Shown here piece after piece: positions 10,572-18,136 of a stretch of DNA of 64,000 nt. The position numbers and the translations under genes are program-made. Position 1 is the stretch's first letter. The number at the start of each line of letters is the position of its first letter. This stretch comes from Christensenella sp. UBA1750 (GTDB lineage: Bacteria; Bacillota; Clostridia; Christensenellales; UBA1750), in contig DCHO01000010.1 of the NCBI GenBank assembly GCA_002315655.1, positions 37,002-101,001 on the forward strand, written 5' to 3'. The notes under the pieces were generated by a model. The model was not told where the DNA came from. It saw nothing but the letters and a program-made list of their open reading frames with translations, and made no database searches.

Positions 10572-10601
10572 AGCCTGCACAATCCATGTGTGGGCTTTTT
10601 C
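10572..10601 (+). terminator. Rho-independent terminator
   Basis: AGCCTGCACA / TGTGTGGGCT forms a 10-bp stem (two G:U pairs), with loop ATCCA, followed by TTTTT. Confidence 0.7.
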
Positions 10602-10621
10602 TTGTCTTCCACAACTTATTC

Positions 10622-10650
10622 TTGACAAACAGGATGTTTCACGATATTCT
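10622..10650 (+). promoter_or_regulatory. Candidate sigma-A promoter for the GH2 gene
   Basis: TTGACA (10622-10627), 17-nt spacer, TATTCT (10645-10650). Confidence 0.45.
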
Positions 10651-10713
10651 TAAATTGTATAAATAGGTAAACGATTATCCCTAACGGAAATAACAAAAAA
10701 GGAGAACACCAGC

Positions 10714-12885
10714 ATGAAATTTTATCAGCAATGGATGGGCGGACGCTTTGACCCCGAAGGAAAGACCGCTTATCCGCAGTTTCCCGTAGCGGTTCCCGGC
10801 AACATTCAGTATGAATATGCCCAGTCCATCGGCATCGAAAACTTAGACCGGCTCTTCTATGCCAACACCGTGGCCAAGCTGGAAGAGACCGAAGGCTACA
10901 CATGGGAATACAGAACCAATGTCACCTTTGACAAGAAGGAAGGGCAGAAGGTTTTCCTCGTCGCCGAGGGCGTAGACTATTACTTCGACGTGCTGCTGGA
11001 CGGTAAAAAGATCTTCTATCAGGAAGGAATGTATAAAAAGGTTGAACTGGACTTAACCGACAGTGTGAAGCCCGGTTCCCTTGTGCAGTTCATCATCCAT
11101 CCCCACCCCAAGCGCCCCGGTCCCTACGACAGCTACCGTCAGGCCGCAGACCGAAGCGCAAAGCCCCCGGTCTGCTACGGCTGGGACTGGAACCCCCGGC
11201 TGCTCATCTCCGGCCTGTGGCAGCCCTGCTACATCGAGACCCGCGAGGATGATTTCATCTCCTCCTGCGAACCCTTCTACACCCTCAATGAAGACAGAAC
11301 CGTGGCCTCCGTCCGCTTTGAGACCGAATGCAACGCGGAAGTCACCTACACCCTTTGCGACCGCGAGGGCAATGTCGTCTACAAGGGCACTGAACCCACC
11401 TTTACCGTTAAGAACGTGAACCTCTGGTGGTGCGTGGGCGAGGGCGAGCCGTACCTCTACACCTGGACTGCCGAAACCAAGTCCGACAAAAAGAGCGGCC
11501 GCATCGGCTTCCGCACCCTGCGCCTTGTGCAGAACGGCGGCGGTGCCGCTGCCGAACCCCAGCTTTTCCCCAAGCCCCGCTATGCCGCCTTCATCACCAT
11601 GGAACTCAATGGCCGCCGCATCATGGGCAAGGGCTCCAACTGGGTCAATCCCGAGGTCTTCTTCGGCAGAATCACCGAGGAACGCTACCGCGAACTGCTG
11701 ACCGCCGCGAAGGACGCCAACATGAACCTGCTGCGTCTCTGGGGCGGCGCAGGCATGAACAAGCCCGCCTTCTACGACATCTGCGACGAGTTGGGTCTGC
11801 TCATCTGGCAGGAATTTATGCTGGCGTGCAACAACTATGTGGGTACTCCCGAGCTGCTCAAAGTCATGGAACAGGAAGGCACCGCTGTCATCAAGGCTCT
11901 GCGCTCTCACGTCTGTATCGCACTGTGGTGCGGCGGCAACGAGCTGTTCAACAACTGGTCGGGAATGGACGAGCAGAGCCATGTCATCCGTCTGCTGAAC
12001 AAGCTCTGCTATGAGCTGGACTTCCAGCGCCCCTTCATGATGACCTCCCCCTCCACCGGCATGGCGCACGGTGGCTATCTGTTCAAGGATTTGGATTGCG
12101 GCGAGGATGTGCTGCAGTTCTTCGCCCACCAGCATTACACCGCCTACACCGAGTTTGGCGTACCCTCTCTGAACCCCGTGGAGCAGTTAAAGAAGGTCAT
12201 TCCCGAAGACGAGCTGTTCCCCATCAAGCCGACAGAGGCTTGGGTCACGCACCACGCCTTCGGTGCCTGGGGCGACAACCAGTGGGCTTGCCTGCCCACC
12301 ATCGAGGGCTATTTCGGCGAGCAGAAGTCTCTGGAAGAAACCGTTGCGCACTCCGAATGGCTGCAGTGCTCCGGCTATCAGGCCATCTTTGAGGAAGCCC
12401 GCCGCCAGTGGCCGTATTGCTCCATGGTTGTCAACTGGTGCTTCGAGGAGCCGTGGGTCTGCGCCGCGAACAACTCCTTAATCTCCTATCCCATGGAGAT
12501 CAAGCCCGGCTATTACTCCGTCAAGAACGCCCTGCGCCCCGTCATTGCCTCCGCCAGAATCCCCCACTTCGACTGGACGGGCGAGGACGACTTCTCTGCG
12601 GAAATTTGGTATCTGAACGACAGCAACGAAGCCGAGTCCGATGAAGTGACCATCACCCTGCGTTGCGGCTCCTGGGAAAAGGAACTGCTCACCTGGAAGC
12701 CCAAGGATGTGGAGGGCAAGACCAACCTTCAGGGTCCCACCGTCCACTGCAAGCTGCCCGAAGCCTCCGATTCCGACGCGCTGGAGCTGATTCTCCTCTC
12801 CAAGAAGTCCGGGCGTTCCAACGCTTATAAGGTTCATTACAATTCTCTCATCAAGCAGGCTCCCACCGGCCAGCTTAATGTGTAG
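10714..12885 (+). CDS. Glycoside hydrolase family 2, beta-mannosidase-like
   Basis: 723 aa. NMNLLRLWGGAGMNKPAFYDICDELGLLIWQEF matches the conserved GH2 beta-mannosidase catalytic-barrel segment. RBS AAAGGAGAA lies upstream. Confidence 0.75.
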   Translation: MKFYQQWMGGRFDPEGKTAYPQFPVAVPGNIQYEYAQSIGIENLDRLFYANTVAKLEETEGYTWEYRTNVTFDKKEGQKVFLVAEGVDYYFDVLLDGKKIFYQEGMYKKVELDLTDSVKPGSLVQFIIHPHPKRPGPYDSYRQAADRSAKPPVCYGWDWNPRLLISGLWQPCYIETREDDFISSCEPFYTLNEDRTVASVRFETECNAEVTYTLCDREGNVVYKGTEPTFTVKNVNLWWCVGEGEPYLYTWTAETKSDKKSGRIGFRTLRLVQNGGGAAAEPQLFPKPRYAAFITMELNGRRIMGKGSNWVNPEVFFGRITEERYRELLTAAKDANMNLLRLWGGAGMNKPAFYDICDELGLLIWQEFMLACNNYVGTPELLKVMEQEGTAVIKALRSHVCIALWCGGNELFNNWSGMDEQSHVIRLLNKLCYELDFQRPFMMTSPSTGMAHGGYLFKDLDCGEDVLQFFAHQHYTAYTEFGVPSLNPVEQLKKVIPEDELFPIKPTEAWVTHHAFGAWGDNQWACLPTIEGYFGEQKSLEETVAHSEWLQCSGYQAIFEEARRQWPYCSMVVNWCFEEPWVCAANNSLISYPMEIKPGYYSVKNALRPVIASARIPHFDWTGEDDFSAEIWYLNDSNEAESDEVTITLRCGSWEKELLTWKPKDVEGKTNLQGPTVHCKLPEASDSDALELILLSKKSGRSNAYKVHYNSLIKQAPTGQLNV

Positions 12886-12897
12886 TCAACTCTTAAC

Positions 12898-12926
12898 TTG
12901 ACGAATCCGAACGATTCTGCTATTCT
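12898..12926 (+). promoter_or_regulatory. Candidate sigma-A promoter driving the ZTP riboswitch leader
   Basis: TTGACG (12898-12903), 17-nt spacer, TATTCT (12921-12926). Confidence 0.5.
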
Positions 12927-12942
12927 TACATCGTAATGTAAG

Positions 12943-13054
12943 GCTTTCCGTGACTGACGGACAAAAGCAGGTCACTGCAAGGGAGCGGAAAGCGTCAAAT
13001 GCCGACCGTCTGGGCACAGTATTTGGGAATTTACCCATGTACTGTGCCCTTTTA
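12943..13054 (+). promoter_or_regulatory. ZTP (pfl motif) riboswitch with intrinsic-terminator expression platform
   Basis: P1: GCTTTCCG (12943-50) pairs with CGGAAAGC (12986-93). P2: GTGAC pairs with GTCAC. The conserved CGUGACUGaCGG ... GGGAGC ... CCGUCUGGGCA is present. Pseudoknot: GACGG (12956-60) pairs with CCGTC (13006-10). Terminator: GGGCACAGTA (13012-21) pairs with TACTGTGCCC (13040-49), then TTTT; its 5' arm overlaps the conserved UGGGCA. Located upstream of purine genes, as is typical. Confidence 0.85.
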
Positions 13055-13087
13055 GTTTGTCAAATACGAACAAAGGAGAACAATCAC

Positions 13088-13807
13088 ATGGACATCTACG
13101 CCATTCCTTCCATCGGGGAGCGCATCGCCGGCAACTCCTACGTCGGACGCGGGCTTGCCATCGGCACCACTTCTGACGGCACCAAGGCAGCCGTCGCCTA
13201 TTTCATCATGGGGCGCTCCGCCAACTCCCGCAACCGCGTGTTCGTCATGAAGGACGGTGTGCTGCAAACCGCGCCCTTTGACGCTTCCAAGGTTGCCGAC
13301 CCTTCTCTCATCATTTACAATGCGCTGAAAGTCATCGGGAACAAGCTCATCATCACCAACGGCGACCAAACCGACACCATCGAAGAAGGCGTAAAGAATG
13401 GCAAGTCCTTCTCCGAGTCCTTGGAATCCCGCTGTTTTGAGCCGGACAAGCCCAATTACACCCCCCGCATCTCCGGCATGGCCACCTTCGGGGATAAGTT
13501 CAGCTATGAGCTCTCCATTCTGAAATCTCTCGACGCGGAAGGCACCGACTGCGCCCGCTACACCTTCTCCTATCCCTCCAAGGCAGGTTTGGGGCACTTC
13601 ATCCACACCTATGTCTGCGACGGCGCACCTTCCATCCCCTCCTTCCAGGGCGAACCCGAGCGCATCGCCATCCCCAACGACATTAACGAGTTCACTTCTG
13701 ACCTCTGGAACAATCTGGATGCCGACAACAAGATTTCCCTGTATGTTCGCTACGTTGACCTAAAAGACAATTCCTTTACCGACCGCCTCATCAACAAATA
13801 CAACTAA
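13088..13807 (+). CDS. IMP cyclohydrolase (PurO-type)
   Basis: Start moved to MDIYAIPSIGERIAGNSYVGRG at 13088, with RBS AAAGGAGAA at 13072-13080. The track ORF start at 12950 would run through the riboswitch. Paired with an AICARFT-only PurH, as in many Clostridia. Confidence 0.75.
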   Translation: MDIYAIPSIGERIAGNSYVGRGLAIGTTSDGTKAAVAYFIMGRSANSRNRVFVMKDGVLQTAPFDASKVADPSLIIYNALKVIGNKLIITNGDQTDTIEEGVKNGKSFSESLESRCFEPDKPNYTPRISGMATFGDKFSYELSILKSLDAEGTDCARYTFSYPSKAGLGHFIHTYVCDGAPSIPSFQGEPERIAIPNDINEFTSDLWNNLDADNKISLYVRYVDLKDNSFTDRLINKYN

Positions 13808-13818
13808 GGAGAAGTACC

Positions 13819-15003
13819 ATGAAAGAATTTGCTCTGAAATACGGCTGCAACCCCAACCAGAAGCCCGCCAGCATCTACATGGCAGACGGCAGCGAGCTTC
13901 CTGTGGAAGTGCTCAACGGCCGTCCCGGCTACATCAATTTCTTAGATGCCTTAAACTCCTGGCAGCTCGTCCGCGAGATCAAGACCATCCTGGGGATGCC
14001 CGCCGCCGCTTCCTTCAAGCACGTTTCCCCCACCTCCGCCGCTGTGGGTCTGCCGCTGTCCGATAAGCTCAAAAAGGCCTGCTTTGTCAACGACATCAAG
14101 GGTCTGGACGATTCTCCTCTGGCCTGCGCTTACGCTCGCGCCCGCGGAACCGACAGAATGTCCTCCTTCGGCGACTGGATCGCCTTATCCGACGAATGTG
14201 ACGTTACCACCGCAAAGCTCGTCAAGCGTGAAGTCTCCGACGGCATCATCGCGCCCGGGTACTCTCCCGAAGCGCTGGAAATCTTAAAGTCCAAGCACGG
14301 CGGCGCGTACAACGTGGTCAAGATCGACGCGAACTACATCCCCGAAGTGCAGGAAAAGAAGCAGGTGTTCGGCGTTACCTTTGAGCAGGGACGCAACAAC
14401 TTCGTTATTGACAAGAACCTGCTCTCCAACATCGTCACCAAGAATAAAGACCTGCCCGAAGAAGCCGTCCGCGACCTCATCATCTCCCTCATCACCTTAA
14501 AATACACCCAGTCCAACTCCGTGTGCTATGCCTATGACGGACAGGCCATCGGCGTGGGCGCGGGTCAGCAGAGCCGCATCCACTGCACCCGTCTGGCCGG
14601 TTCCAAAGCCGACACCTGGTTCCTGCGCCAGTACGACAAGGTGTTGAACCTGCCCTTCAAGCCCAAGATGGGGCGCCCCGAGCGCGACAACGTCATCGAC
14701 TCCTACATCAACAAGAACGAAGAGGATGTCTGCGCCGACGGCAACTGGCAGAAGTATTTCACCGAGCAGCCCGAACCCCTGACCGCCGAGGAAGCCAAGG
14801 CTTACCTTTCCACTATTTCCGGCGTTTCCTGCGGCTCTGATGCCTTCTTCCCCTTCTCCGACAACATCGAGCGTGCGTCTCGCTCCGGTGTTTCCTACGT
14901 TGCCGAGCCCGGCGGCTCTGTCCGTGATGATCTCGTCATCGAGTGCTGCGATCAGAAGAACATGGTCATGTGCTTCACCGGAATGCGCCTCTTCCACCAC
15001 TAA
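13819..15003 (+). CDS. purH: Phosphoribosylaminoimidazolecarboxamide (AICAR) formyltransferase, AICARFT domain only
   Basis: 394 aa. MKEFALKYGCNPNQKP... start and the ...FFPFSDNIERA...VAEPGGSVRD... motifs are those of the PurH transformylase domain. There is no MGS/cyclohydrolase domain. Confidence 0.85.
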   Translation: MKEFALKYGCNPNQKPASIYMADGSELPVEVLNGRPGYINFLDALNSWQLVREIKTILGMPAAASFKHVSPTSAAVGLPLSDKLKKACFVNDIKGLDDSPLACAYARARGTDRMSSFGDWIALSDECDVTTAKLVKREVSDGIIAPGYSPEALEILKSKHGGAYNVVKIDANYIPEVQEKKQVFGVTFEQGRNNFVIDKNLLSNIVTKNKDLPEEAVRDLIISLITLKYTQSNSVCYAYDGQAIGVGAGQQSRIHCTRLAGSKADTWFLRQYDKVLNLPFKPKMGRPERDNVIDSYINKNEEDVCADGNWQKYFTEQPEPLTAEEAKAYLSTISGVSCGSDAFFPFSDNIERASRSGVSYVAEPGGSVRDDLVIECCDQKNMVMCFTGMRLFHH

Positions 15004-15048
15004 GTTTCATCGTTTTCCCGAAAACCCAAATTCTCTCAAAATTTCCTA

Positions 15049-15077
15049 TTGAGAATTTTCTTCCACTGTGCTATACT
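15049..15077 (+). promoter_or_regulatory. Sigma-A promoter for tRNA-Arg
   Basis: TTGAGA (15049-54), 17-nt spacer, TATACT (15072-77). It ends 13 nt before the tRNA 5' end. Confidence 0.6.
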
Positions 15078-15090
15078 GTAAGAGTTGTAA

Positions 15091-15166
15091 GCGCCTGTAG
15101 CTCAGTGGATAGAGTGTCCGACTCCGACTCGGGAGACCGCAGGTTCGAATCCTGTCAGACGCACCA
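15091..15166 (+). tRNA. tRNA-Arg (anticodon CCG), CCA encoded
   Basis: Hand-folded cloverleaf. Acceptor GCGCCTG/CAGACGC (one mismatch). D arm GCTC-AGTGGATA-GAGT. Anticodon stem TCCGA/TCGGG with loop CTCCGAC. T arm GCAGG-TTCGAAT-CCTGT. Discriminator A plus CCA. 76 nt. Confidence 0.9.
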
Positions 15167-15168
15167 AA

Positions 15169-15217
15169 GGACGGCAATTTTGATACAAACAGTGTCAAGA
15201 TTACTGTCCTTTTTTTA
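15169..15217 (+). terminator. Rho-independent terminator after tRNA-Arg
   Basis: GGACGGCAATTTTGA pairs with TCAAGATTACTGTCC in a long imperfect stem, followed by TTTTTTT. Confidence 0.7.
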
Positions 15218-15243
15218 AGTTGCAATTTTTCTCATTCGGGGGA

Positions 15244-15272
15244 TTTACAAAATCTTTCCCGTATGCTACAAT
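15244..15272 (+). promoter_or_regulatory. Candidate sigma-A promoter for the leader of the 15484 membrane-protein gene
   Basis: TTTACA (15244-49), 17-nt spacer, TACAAT (15267-72). Confidence 0.5.
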
Positions 15273-15333
15273 ATTTCATGGATAATCCAAGAAAAGGAGT
15301 TGACTTCGGATGCAGTTCGGCGCAACAATCGCT

Positions 15334-15361
15334 AAGCAAGCAAGCAAGCAAGCAAGCAAGC
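15334..15361 (+). repeat. Tetranucleotide microsatellite (AAGC)x7
   Basis: Seven perfect tandem AAGC units read directly from the sequence. They lie inside a 19-codon mini-ORF (15310-15369) that has an AAGGAG RBS. Confidence 0.95.
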
Positions 15362-15406
15362 GTAGCTGAATTCTGCCCTTTTGTCAACACAAATACTGAA
15401 AACAAT

Positions 15407-15450
15407 GACGCTCTGCGCCGAATTTGAGTTCGGGTGTAGTGCGTCTTTTT
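15407..15450 (+). terminator. Leader terminator (attenuator candidate) upstream of the membrane-protein gene
   Basis: Imperfect stem of about 15 bp, from GACGC...CCGAA (15407-22) to TTCGG...GCGTC (15429-45), with a 6-nt loop, then TTTTT. Located 34 nt before the ATG at 15484. Confidence 0.65.
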
Positions 15451-15483
15451 GTTTAGATTTTTTAGAAAAAGAGAGGTATTTTT

Positions 15484-16035
15484 ATGGAAAAGAAGAGAGT
15501 TGTCCCCATTTGGCTGAGCGTGGTTTTGCTGGTTTTGTTAGTTGCCGGAATTGCCTTTGATATTTTTGCTTTATTAAAATATACCGAACTTGAATCGTGG
15601 AACACACCTGTCAGAATAATTGACTGTATTGCTTGTGGTATTGCTTTGGCTTACTGCTTAAAAGGTTACAGCAAAAATGCAGCCGGCTTTTTCAAAGCGT
15701 TTTGTATTGCTTATTGTGTCTCCCGCGTTTTCCCGATTTTTGCAATCGCAGAATCATATCGGGCGGGCAATTTTGTTTATCCCCTTATCTTGCTAATGCA
15801 TTTGATTACTTTTGCAGCAATGAGCATTTTTGTTGTTGCCAAAGAACTTGGCAAGAAAAAATCATGTGTATTAGCAGGAATTATTTTCGCATGTACGCTT
15901 GTAAACCTATTACCAATTCTCGGCACACCTTTCTACTTTATGATTGGAATCATTACAAATCTCATTTTGACCATCGTGTTCCTCATCATGGTCTACGCGA
16001 AATATCAGGATAAAGCCGCCCGCGGCACGAAGTAA
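15484..16035 (+). CDS. Small integral membrane protein, unknown function
   Basis: 183 aa with about 5-6 hydrophobic helices. RBS GAGAGG lies upstream. No recognisable motif. Confidence 0.6.
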   Translation: MEKKRVVPIWLSVVLLVLLVAGIAFDIFALLKYTELESWNTPVRIIDCIACGIALAYCLKGYSKNAAGFFKAFCIAYCVSRVFPIFAIAESYRAGNFVYPLILLMHLITFAAMSIFVVAKELGKKKSCVLAGIIFACTLVNLLPILGTPFYFMIGIITNLILTIVFLIMVYAKYQDKAARGTK

Positions 16036-16118
16036 CAAGGCTACCCTGATGGCTACGTCCACGAGTATCAAAAGAAATAAATCGCAGAGGGTACATTGTA
16101 TCAACCGTTCGGTTACAC

Positions 16119-16153
16119 AAAACCCCGCATTGTCTTTGGCAATGCGGGGTTTT
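16119..16153. terminator. Bidirectional terminator between convergent genes
   Basis: CCCCGCATTG pairs with CAATGCGGGG (perfect 10-bp stem), flanked by AAAA on the 5' side and TTTT on the 3' side. Confidence 0.8.
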
Positions 16154-16167
16154 GCATGATAAATCCG

Positions 16168-17193
16168 TTATTTCATCAGCATTTCATGATCCGTGGGGAG
16201 CGGTTTTGTCAAAGCGGACGGCTTTGTCTGGTACCACATACAGCAAGCGGTGTAGTCGTCATAACGGGGGCCTGTCCAGCCCAAGTTGTCCATGGTCATG
16301 CGGAAATTCTGCTCAAAATAGACAGGATCGGTAACGTGCCAGCGGTAGAACAGAAAGCGCTGCTGCGCGTCATACTGCGGATCGAAGCGGCCTAAGATGG
16401 CATACATCCCGACGTAGGGCGACTGGAAGGGCTGATAGGTGTGGTTCACATGGTCGTTTCCGAAGGCATACGCGCCGCAGAAATAGTCCTCCGTGCCGGT
16501 GTAGTTCATGGTGGGATAGGTGTCGCCGTCGATATACATCTTGGCCTCGCCCTCCACAAAGCAGGTGTTGTGGCCGTTGAGCCCCACCGCCAGCGTCATG
16601 CCCGCAAAACATCCGCTACCCTTTATGCCGTCAATCACGGTAAAGGCCTTGCCGGGGGTCACGGGATGCTCCTGCCGATAGGCGGCGTGGAAGTACATGG
16701 CATCCTCCGGCAATTCCCCGTACCAGCCTGAAATCATGTAATACAGGGTCTTTGGTTCGCTGCTGCGGTTCTCAATGGTGATTTTCCCGCGCTTGAAAAA
16801 GGGCATTTCAAAGACGCAGCTCACGCCCCGCGCCGGAGCCACGGTCATCATGGCCGAGGAAAAAGCGGGGTATTTTCCGTCTCTGTCGGCATACTGCTCG
16901 TCATAGGCACAGCCAAAGAAAGCCGACAGCGGCGCTTCCACAGAAGGAAAATCGCTGTCCTCCCAGTACATCCGCAGGATCATGCTGTGAGAGATCGCGC
17001 CCGTCATCCAGATATGCGTGAACATTCCCGACCCTTTGGCATCCGCCAGCACCACGGTCTCCCCGGCGGGAATTTCTAAGTAGGCCGAGAGCTTTTCACA
17101 GTCCTTGCCCCTTGTGCCGCCGCCTTTGGTGCCGTCCTTGTTTTCCGCCGAGAAACCGAAGCTGCGGCGGGCAGCATAACGCCAGTTTTCCAT
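16168..17193 (-). CDS. DUF2961 / GH172-like glycoside hydrolase family protein
   Basis: 341 aa. The N-terminal pattern SFGFSAENKDGTKGGG...IPAGETVVLADAKGSGMFTHIWMTG resembles DUF2961 proteins. Family is from memory only. Confidence 0.65.
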   Translation of the reverse strand: MENWRYAARRSFGFSAENKDGTKGGGTRGKDCEKLSAYLEIPAGETVVLADAKGSGMFTHIWMTGAISHSMILRMYWEDSDFPSVEAPLSAFFGCAYDEQYADRDGKYPAFSSAMMTVAPARGVSCVFEMPFFKRGKITIENRSSEPKTLYYMISGWYGELPEDAMYFHAAYRQEHPVTPGKAFTVIDGIKGSGCFAGMTLAVGLNGHNTCFVEGEAKMYIDGDTYPTMNYTGTEDYFCGAYAFGNDHVNHTYQPFQSPYVGMYAILGRFDPQYDAQQRFLFYRWHVTDPVYFEQNFRMTMDNLGWTGPRYDDYTACCMWYQTKPSALTKPLPTDHEMLMK

Positions 17194-17202
17194 AAAATCC
17201 TC

Positions 17203-18084
17203 CTATTTGTCGAGCAGCGCCGCACCGATCACCGGGGCCTCACCGCCCAAGGACGCAATGCGCATGGTGAAGCCCACGCCGACCGCGCCGGTATAGGACA
17301 GTTCCTTCACCTTATCTATGATGGGCTGCACATAGAGTTCTTCCTGGGCGCACAGGCCGCCGGAGAGCAGCACCGCATCGGGCGACAGAACATTGACAAT
17401 GCCTGAGAGTGCCTGTGCGGCGTAATCCACCGCCTCGGAAATGACCTGCTTTGCCTCAATGTTACCGGCTTTTGCAAGGTCGAACAGTTCCTCTGTGGTT
17501 TCGCAAATGCCGCGCTCTTTGGCGGTTTTTGCCATGCCTGTGCCGGATGCGTAGGCCTCCATGCAGCCGTGCTTGCCGCAGCCGCACACGCGCCCGTTCT
17601 TCACCACGGGAATGTGCCCCATCTCTCCCGCCGTGCCCAGCGCACCGTGCCAAATCCGATGGTTGAGGACAATGCCGCAGCCGATGCCCGTGCCAAGCGT
17701 CACACACAGCACGCAGGATTTGTCCTTCATTTCGGGGGTCAGCGATTCCGCCCACGCCGCGGCTCTTGTGTCCTGCACCAGCATGGGGCACACGCCGGTT
17801 TCTTCACGGAAGAGCTCCGCCACGGGTTCATTCCTCCATTTGAGGTTCGGTGTCCAGACGACAAGCCCTTGCACGTTGTCCACCGTGCCGGGGATGCCGA
17901 TGCCCACAAAGTCAATGGGTTCACCCTCTGCCAGCTTTTTTGCGATCTGCGCGGCCTGTTTTACGATCTCCTTGCAGGGCAATTCCGCGCCTGTGCTCAT
18001 GCGTTCCTTTTTGAGGATTTCCCCGTTTTCGTTGACCACGGCAATCACGGCCTTGGTGCCGCCGATGTCGATTCCGATTCTCAT
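17203..18084 (-). CDS. ROK family sugar kinase
   Basis: 293 aa. MRIGIDIGGTK ATP-binding start and the ROK zinc motif GHIPV...CGCGKHGCMEAY. Confidence 0.85.
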   Translation of the reverse strand: MRIGIDIGGTKAVIAVVNENGEILKKERMSTGAELPCKEIVKQAAQIAKKLAEGEPIDFVGIGIPGTVDNVQGLVVWTPNLKWRNEPVAELFREETGVCPMLVQDTRAAAWAESLTPEMKDKSCVLCVTLGTGIGCGIVLNHRIWHGALGTAGEMGHIPVVKNGRVCGCGKHGCMEAYASGTGMAKTAKERGICETTEELFDLAKAGNIEAKQVISEAVDYAAQALSGIVNVLSPDAVLLSGGLCAQEELYVQPIIDKVKELSYTGAVGVGFTMRIASLGGEAPVIGAALLDK

Positions 18085-18136
18085 ATCCCTTTTCTCCTTA
18101 GAAAGAAACCCACCATTTTCTGACGGGTTTTGTGTG

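Noticed and set aside
11053-12135. 360-aa minus-strand ORF inside the GH2 gene. Similar cases are 24517-25605 (+), 33826-34944 (+), 60643-61743 (+), 55826-57748 (+) and 31642-32793 (-).
   Set aside because: All are antisense to genes with clear family motifs. All have Gly/Arg/Ala/His-biased translations, and none has a plausible RBS.
12950-13087. N-terminal extension of the IMP cyclohydrolase ORF (track start at 12950).
   Set aside because: The extension would be translated through the ZTP riboswitch and its terminator. A strong RBS (AAAGGAGAA) precedes the internal ATG at 13088, where the conserved MDIYAIPS... sequence begins.
15091-15166. tRNA-Arg as an integration site for a mobile element.
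   Set aside because: No integrase gene, direct repeat of the tRNA 3' end or compositional break follows it. The tRNA has its own promoter and terminator and is followed by ordinary genes.
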